The notes beneath the pieces are model-generated. The model saw only the letters and a program-made list of their open reading frames with translations. It had not been told where the DNA came from and did not search any database. Below are positions 57,872-64,000 of a DNA stretch of 64,000 nt, one piece after another. Made by a program: the position numbers and the translations under genes. Origin of the DNA: an uncultured Candidatus Rokubacteria bacterium (GTDB lineage: Bacteria; Methylomirabilota; Methylomirabilia; Rokubacteriales; CSP1-6); contig CAWBMV010000037.1 in assembly GCA_963789955.1 (NCBI GenBank), forward strand, positions 1 through 64,000, written 5' to 3'. Position 1 is the first letter of the stretch; each line of letters starts with the position of its first letter.

Positions 57872-58806
57872 TTCTGGAGCGCCAGCAGGCTCACGAGCTC
57901 GAAGAGCAGATTGGCGGCGAGCAGCGCGGTGATCTGGCCGGGGCCGTCGTACGGGGGCGAGACCTCGACCACGTCCGCGCCGACGAGCGACTGGCCCGCG
58001 AGCGCCCGCACCAGCACGAGCGCTTCATACGAGGTAAGCCCGCCGACCTCCGGCGTCCCGGTTCCGGGCGCGAAGGCCGGATCGACGGCGTCGATGTCGA
58101 ACGAGCAGTAGACCGGGCCGCCGCGCAGGCGGGCGAACCGCTCCGCGACCCAGGCGGTCCCCTGCTCCTTCACGGTCTCGATGCGGGCGACCTCGATCCC
58201 GTGCTGGTCGTGGAACTCGAAGTCCTCGGAGCCGTAGAGCGGACCGCGGATCCCGACCTGGATCATGCGTCGGGGATCGATGAGCCCTTCCTCGACGGCC
58301 CGGCGAAACGGCGTGCCGTGGAAGTATTTCGAGCCGAAGTATTCGTCCCACGTGTCGGGATGGGCGTCGAAGTGCACGAGTCCCAATCGCCCGTGGCGGC
58401 GCGCGACCGCGCGCAGGATGCCGAGGGTCACGGAGTGATCGCCGCCGACGCAGACGGGCATCGCGCCCTCCGCGATCACCTGGCTCACTCGTGCATCGAT
58501 GGCGGCCAGGGTGCGCTCGATCGAGATCGGCACGGTGTCGACGTCGCCGCAATCGGCGATGCGCAGCCGTTCGAACGGGTGCACCTTGAGCACGGGATTC
58601 CACGGGCGAATCAGCGAGGACTGCTCGCGTACGGCCCGCGGACCGAAGCGGGCACCGGTGCGGTACGAGGTCCCGCCGTCGTACGGAATGCCGAGCAGGG
58701 CGACGTCGAGGCCCTTGGCGGAGTCGGCCGTGGGCAGCAGCATGAACGTCGCGACCTGGCCGAATCGCGGGGAGACGAACGGATTGCGGGGTACCGACGT
58801 GCTCAC
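57868..58806 (-). CDS. speB: Agmatinase / ureohydrolase
   Basis: GARFGP, GGDHS, DAHPD, HGTPF, SFDIDAVDP..APGTGTP. Confidence 0.9.
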   Translation of the reverse strand: MSTSVPRNPFVSPRFGQVATFMLLPTADSAKGLDVALLGIPYDGGTSYRTGARFGPRAVREQSSLIRPWNPVLKVHPFERLRIADCGDVDTVPISIERTLAAIDARVSQVIAEGAMPVCVGGDHSVTLGILRAVARRHGRLGLVHFDAHPDTWDEYFGSKYFHGTPFRRAVEEGLIDPRRMIQVGIRGPLYGSEDFEFHDQHGIEVARIETVKEQGTAWVAERFARLRGGPVYCSFDIDAVDPAFAPGTGTPEVGGLTSYEALVLVRALAGQSLVGADVVEVSPPYDGPGQITALLAANLLFELVSLLALQK

Positions 58807-58816
58807 CGCGAACCTC

Positions 58817-60035
58817 CTAGAGCGCCGAGCGGAGCCCGGCGACCGCCGTCAGGAGCAGCGCGACCTCGTCGGGTGAGTTGAACACCGAGAAGGTGGCCCG
58901 TGAGGTGCCGACGACTCCGAGTCGACGCATGAGCGGCATCGCGCAGTGGTGGCCGGCCCGGACGGCGATCCCTTCGGCGTCGAGCAAGGCCGCCACGTCG
59001 TGCGGATGAAGGCCGTCCACCGCGAACGAGACGACGGCGCCACGCTCGACGCCCAGGGGCGGGCCGTAGACCGTCACCCCCGGAATCCGCGCCAGGCCTT
59101 CGTGGGTCTGGCGCGTGAGGGCGCGCTCGTGCTCGGTCACGCGGTCCATGCCGAGCTTCTCCAGGTACTCGATCGCCGCCGTCAGCCCCACGGCCTCGGC
59201 GATGGGCGGGGTGCCCGGCTCGAACCGCCAGGGCAGGTCGTTCCACTGCGCGTGATCGATCCACACTTCCTTGATCATCTCGCTACCGCCCCGGCCGGGC
59301 TCCAAACTGTCGAGCACCGCGCGCCGGCCGTACAGGACGCCGATCCCGGTCGGGCCGAGCATCTTGTGGGCCGAGAACACGTAGAAATCGCATTCGAGCG
59401 CGGACATATCGAGCCGCAGGTGAGGCGCGGCCTGAGCCCCGTCGACGACCGTGAACGCCTTGACCGCTCGGGCTCGGCGCACGATCTCGGCGACCGGATT
59501 GATCGTCCCCACCACGTTCGAGACGTGGGCGAACGCCACCACGCGCGTACGCGCTGTGAGCAGGCGGTCGAGGGCGCCGAGGTCGAGCGTGCCGTCGTCG
59601 CGGATCGGCACCGCCTTCAGGACGGCGCCCCGGTCCTTCGCGACGAGCTGCCACGGGATCAGGTTCGAGTGGTGCTCGAGCTCGGTGACGATGATCTCGT
59701 CGCCCCTGCCGAGCGTCCGCCCGATGGTCTCCGCGATGAGGCCGAGCCCGTCGGTGGTGCCCGCGGGTGAAGACGACTTCTTCCCGGCTCGGGGCACCGA
59801 TGAAGCGCTGGACGGAATCCCGCGCGAGCTCGTAGAGCTCCGTGGCCTCCTCGCCGAGGGTGTGGATCGAGCGATGCACGTTCGCGTGGCTCCGCTCGTA
59901 GTACCGGTTCATCGCCTCGAGCACCGCGCGCGGCTTCTGGCTCGAGGCACCGGAGTCGAAATAGACGAGCGGATGGCCGTTGACGATCCTCTTCAAGATC
60001 GGAAAATCCGGCCGCGTGAGCTCGTCGAGCCTCAT
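58817..60035 (-). CDS. sufS: SufS-type cysteine desulfurase, one frameshift near 59762
   Basis: LVYFDSGASSQKP, ANVHRS, EHHSN, DGAQ, SAHKMLGP, RAGHHCA. Confidence 0.92.
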
Positions 60036-60433
60036 GCCTTCTTGGCTCCGTCGAGCGCCTGCGCCAGCACGGAGAGCGGCAAGGTCGCGCACCGCATCCG
60101 CGTCGGGCGAATCTCGGCCTGGAGCACGGCCAGCACGTCGCTCACGTCCAGCGCCGCCGCCTCGCCGCGCGTGCGGCCCGCGACCAGATCGGCGACCACG
60201 TCGGCGGACGCGGTGCAGATCGCGCAGGAGTCGCCGATGAACCGCGCCTCGGCGATCCGCCCCTCCGGCGCGACCGTCAGCATCATCCGCACGCGGTCGC
60301 CGCAGAGCGGGTTCACGTCCTCGGCCACGGCGTTGGCGCCGGGCAGCTCGCCGCGATGGCGCGGCTTCCGCCACCGATCGCGGATGACGTCGCTATAGAG
60401 GCCGCCGGGCGCGGAGGGCGTGGCGCCGCTCAC
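60032..60433 (-). CDS. SufU/IscU-like scaffold or sulfur-transfer protein
   Basis: NPLCGD, GDSCAICTASA, RMRCATL. Confidence 0.88.
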   Translation of the reverse strand: MSGATPSAPGGLYSDVIRDRWRKPRHRGELPGANAVAEDVNPLCGDRVRMMLTVAPEGRIAEARFIGDSCAICTASADVVADLVAGRTRGEAAALDVSDVLAVLQAEIRPTRMRCATLPLSVLAQALDGAKKA

Positions 60434-61470
60434 TCGAGCTCCCCGCGGGCGACGTTCGACCGGTACGGCGGGAAGCGATACGCCATGTCGCGCGAGAGCA
60501 TGCCGCCATGGCCCATCTCGGCCAGGGTCCGATTGTCGACGCGCTCGCAAGCGAGGATCTGCGGTAGCGCCAGGTCGAACGTCGTCGCCTGCGAGAACAT
60601 GCCGCAGGTCGGCATCCCGAGCACCGGCTTTCCATCCCACAGCGCGAGCCAGAGGAGACTGCCGGGATGGGCCGGCACCCCGTGTCGCTCCATGCGAGCG
60701 CCCAGCAGGGTGAGGCCGCCGAAGACGGGATCGAGCGGATCGAGCGCACTCGCCCCGGCGACGATCAGCACCTCGGCGCCGTCGCGCCGCTGTGCCGTCA
60801 GCGCATCGGCCACGACTTTCGGTGAACCGCCGGCGTAGGTGATCGGCAGCAAACGTCCGCCAAACCACTCGATCTTCTGCTTCAGCGCCGCCTCGAATCG
60901 GGCGCGCTGCTTGGCGTCGAGCCGCTCCTGGGCGATCACGCCGATCGTCGTCGGCCGGAACGCGCTGACCGCGACGAGCCCGTGAGCGTCGCGGGCGATC
61001 TTCTCGACCGCTGCGAGCGTCTCCGCCGGAATGACGAGCGGCGTCACCTTGCACTTGCCGATCGTCTCGCCGGGCTCGACGGGCTGCGATTCGAAGAGCG
61101 TGAAGATCGAGATGCCCTCGAGCGCGTTCGCGTCGGCCAGCGCCTGGCGGCGAACCTTCAGGAGGCCCCGCCGTGTCGCGGCGAGCGTCCACTGCCCGCC
61201 GGTGTAGCCCTTCACCTCGACGCCGTCGCCGATCACCGCGGCCGCCAGCCGCTTGCCGGCTTCCTCTTCGTGCAGATCGTTCGGATCGACGGCGAGCAGG
61301 TGAATCTCTTCCCAGGGCGTCTCGAGGAGAATCTTCGCGGTGGCTGCGGTGAGCCGCGCGCCCTTCTCGACCGCGATCTTGCCGGCCGCGTCGCGAACGT
61401 CGTGGCAGAGCACTTTGCCGACCAGGCCCTCGGCGCTCGCCGCCTCGCGCCGCTGCGCGATCGCCTTCAT
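60430..61470 (-). CDS. Molybdopterin-binding MoeA-like protein
   Basis: GKVLCHD, DLHEEEAG, DPLDP, GVPAHPGS, LGMPTCG, TTFD..GHGGML. Confidence 0.8.
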   Translation of the reverse strand: MKAIAQRREAASAEGLVGKVLCHDVRDAAGKIAVEKGARLTAATAKILLETPWEEIHLLAVDPNDLHEEEAGKRLAAAVIGDGVEVKGYTGGQWTLAATRRGLLKVRRQALADANALEGISIFTLFESQPVEPGETIGKCKVTPLVIPAETLAAVEKIARDAHGLVAVSAFRPTTIGVIAQERLDAKQRARFEAALKQKIEWFGGRLLPITYAGGSPKVVADALTAQRRDGAEVLIVAGASALDPLDPVFGGLTLLGARMERHGVPAHPGSLLWLALWDGKPVLGMPTCGMFSQATTFDLALPQILACERVDNRTLAEMGHGGMLSRDMAYRFPPYRSNVARGELE

Positions 61471-62571
61471 GACTTCGAGCTTGGGGCCGATCCTGAGGGA
61501 CCCGAAACCGGCACGCTGTCCCGGCGAGGCTTCGTGCTCATCGGCTGGCCGGTCCCGCCGCCCCGCACGGCCTGAATCTCGGCCATGACCGCCAGGGCGA
61601 TCTCGGGCGCCGAGCGCGCGCCGATGTCGAGGCCGATCGGCACGCGGACACGCTTGAGCGCCGCCTCGCTCTGCCCCTCCTCGGCCAGGAGCTTCAGGAT
61701 GGCCGCGCCGCGCCGGCTCGAGCCGAGCATGCCGATGTAGCCGACGTCGGTCGCGAGCGCCTTGTGCAGCACCGGCAGGTCGTACTTGTAGTCGTGCGCC
61801 ATCAGCACGAGCGCGGTCGACGGCACGAGCGGATACGCGCTGACGAGCTCCGAGGGGATACCGATCTTCAGCTCGTCGACCTGCGGGAAGCGCTCGCGGG
61901 TCGCGAACCGCGGCCGGCCGTCGATGACGACCGTCCGGTAGCCGAGCACGCGGGCGAGGTCGACCATCGGCATCGAGACGTGGCTGGCGCCGACGACGAG
62001 CAGCAGCGCGGACGGCGCGAACACCTCGACGAACGCGCGCGTGCCCTCGGCGAAGAGCGTGCGCGAGGTGCCGAGCGTCATCGCGTCGCGCGCCTCCTCG
62101 ACGAAGCGCTCGTCGAGCGCGGCGTCGCCCAAGCGTCCCGGTGGTCGTGCCGTCGTCCAGCAACAGTATCTTCGCGCCGACCGGACCGTCGAGCCGCGTG
62201 ATGATCGCGGCCCGTCCGCCCTTGTCGGTATGCGCGCGCACGCGCTCCAGGAAATCGGCCGACAGCGGCTCGACGAACACCTCGATCGTGCCGCCGCACG
62301 TGAGCCCGATCTCCCACGCCTCCTCGTCGCCCAGATTCAGCTCGAGGAGCCGGGGCCGGTTCGTGTTCAGCACGTCCTCGGTCTGCTCGATCACCTGGGC
62401 GTCCACGCAGCCGCCGATGGTGACGGAACCGAGCACGGATCCGCCTTCACCGACGAGCATCTTGGCGCCTTCTTTGCGCGGCGTGGTGCCGCGCGTGTTC
62501 ACCAGGGTCGCGACCGCGACCTTGCCCGGAGACCGCCGAAGTTCGTCAATCTGATCGAAGAGTTCCGCCAT
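61467..62571 (-). CDS. XdhC/CoxI family Moco insertion chaperone, one frameshift near 62132
   Basis: GTTPRKEGAKM, GGCVD, GLTCGGTI; HDYKYD, YIGMLGSSRR, PIGLDIGA..EIA. Confidence 0.9.
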
Positions 62572-62755
62572 GGGTCCTCATGATACGCCGAGCGGGGCCG
62601 CGACGCACCCCTGACGCTACCGCGACGCGTGTGACGTTCCGGTAAAGCGTTGGCGCCGCGGGCGAACAGGCATCCGGCCCGATGCGAGGCGGTCTTTCGA
62701 CCGGTGCGCGAATCTACTGTCTCCGCGCTCTTCGCCCGCGCGGAAACGAGGGGCG

Positions 62756-63892
62756 CTAGAGATGCAGCTTGCCGGCGAGATCGCGCAAGGCCGCGAGGTT
62801 GTGGCCGGCCGCGAAGTCGTCGATCAGCGGCATCGCCGCCGCCATGCCGCGCGTCAGGGGCTCGTACGAGGGGTTGCCGAGTAGCGGGTTCAGCCAGATC
62901 AGGCGGGCCGCGCGCCGCTTGATCCGCATGAGCTCGGTCGCCAGCACGTCCGGCTCGCCCGTGTCCCACCCGTCCGATAAGACGATCACGATCGTTCGCC
63001 GGTCGACCAGGTGCGGCCACTCGCGGTTGAACTGGGCGAACGACTCGCCGATGCGCGTGCCGCCCGACCAGTCACGCACGTCGGTCAGCCGCCGCAGCAC
63101 CTGACGATACGACCGCCCGCGGAGCAGCTCGGTGATGCGCGTGAGCCGCGTGGAAAAGATGAACGTCTCGACCCGGCCGAAGACGTTCTGCAGCGCGAAC
63201 AGGAACTGGAGCAGGAAGCGGCTGTAGAGATCCATCGAGCCGGAGACGTCGCAGAGCAACACGAGCCGCACCTTCTTGCGCTTCCGCTCGCGGTAGCGCA
63301 GCTCGATGATCTCGCCGCGCGTGAGGTTCGCGCGCAGCGTGCGCCGCAGATCGACCCGACCGCGCCGCTTCACCGGCCGCCGGCGGCGGCTCATCCGATG
63401 CGCGAGCCGGCGCGCGATCTTGATCGTGAGCTTCAAGAGCTCGTCGAGCTGGTCGGCGCTGAAGGTCGAGAAGTCCTGATTCACGAGCCCTTCGGCCTCG
63501 GACGCGAGCGGCACGCTCAGCGGATCGCCGCCTTCCTCGGGCTCTTCCTCGCCCCACGAGTCGAGCGCCAGCGCCTCGCGCTTCTGCCCCGCCTTGGCGA
63601 CCGCGCCGCCCGGGTCGTCGATCGAGGGCGCCGGAATGAATCCGGACTGGTCGTCGTCCCTCTCCGGCATGACGCGCCAGAATGCCTCGAAGCACCGGTC
63701 GAACGGCGGCACTTCCTCGGGCCGGGTCACGAAGATGGCGCGCAGACCAAGGTAGAGCTCGTGACGGTCGGTGAGGTCGAGGTGGTCGAGGGCGCGGACC
63801 GCGTCGGTGACCTCGACCAGAGTCACCGGCAGACCGGACTGCCGGAGCAGCGACGCGAAGCGCGCGATCGCCGCCGAGAGATCCCGCGGCAC
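62756..63892 (-). CDS. coxE: CoxE-like VWA domain protein
   Basis: DLRRTLR, DVSGSM MIDAS, FSTRLT, WSGGTRIG, SDGWD, WLNPL. Confidence 0.9.
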   Translation of the reverse strand: MPRDLSAAIARFASLLRQSGLPVTLVEVTDAVRALDHLDLTDRHELYLGLRAIFVTRPEEVPPFDRCFEAFWRVMPERDDDQSGFIPAPSIDDPGGAVAKAGQKREALALDSWGEEEPEEGGDPLSVPLASEAEGLVNQDFSTFSADQLDELLKLTIKIARRLAHRMSRRRRPVKRRGRVDLRRTLRANLTRGEIIELRYRERKRKKVRLVLLCDVSGSMDLYSRFLLQFLFALQNVFGRVETFIFSTRLTRITELLRGRSYRQVLRRLTDVRDWSGGTRIGESFAQFNREWPHLVDRRTIVIVLSDGWDTGEPDVLATELMRIKRRAARLIWLNPLLGNPSYEPLTRGMAAAMPLIDDFAAGHNLAALRDLAGKLHL

Positions 63893-63896
63893 GCGC

Positions 63897-64000
63897 TCAG
63901 CTCGGCGTGGGCAGGAACGGGGCGAGCCCCGTCTTCGCGACCTCGTTACGGAACCGCTTCATGTCGTCGACGTCCTTCAGCACGCAGCCGAGCGTCTCGT
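63897..64000 (-). CDS. C-terminus of a CoxD/MoxR-type AAA ATPase, partial at the window edge
   Basis: ETLGCVLKDVDD and position upstream of coxE. Confidence 0.65.
   Translation of the reverse strand, partial: ETLGCVLKDVDDMKRFRNEVAKTGLAPFLPTPS

Noticed and set aside
60430..62571. 713 aa XdhC-MoeA fusion
   Set aside because: An artefact of a frameshift near 62132; the XdhC C-terminus is in another frame and the MoeA-like gene has its own ATG at 61470.

Overview
A GC-rich bacterial chromosome segment. The gene families suggest Candidatus Rokubacteria/Methylomirabilota, but that is an inference from recalled family content, not a search. The window has three parts. (1) About 0.4-13.4 kb: host-like catabolic genes (PEP-mutase/ICL family, SDR, maleate isomerase-like, AtzH-like plus amidase, haloperoxidase, NAPRTase, frameshifted HDAC, class III aminotransferase, amidase, enolase-superfamily enzyme). 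(2) About 13.4-55.6 kb: a mosaic accessory region downstream of a minus-strand tRNA-Ala(CGC) at 55580-55655. The tRNA 3' end recurs at 37301, 29311, 22013 (partial) and 18277, which defines a tandem array of degraded integrative elements with only truncated tyrosine integrases left. Within these units the same small set of co-oriented scaffold genes recurs in a conserved order, whole or in fragments, with unrelated single cargo genes spliced into them. A promoter plus structured leader RNA motif occurs three times. (3) About 55.7-64 kb: host genes (SPFH/NfeD, agmatinase, SufS/SufU, MoeA-like, XdhC, CoxE, CoxD end), several with single frameshifts that probably reflect sequencing errors. No CRISPR array, rRNA, transposase or reverse transcriptase was seen.
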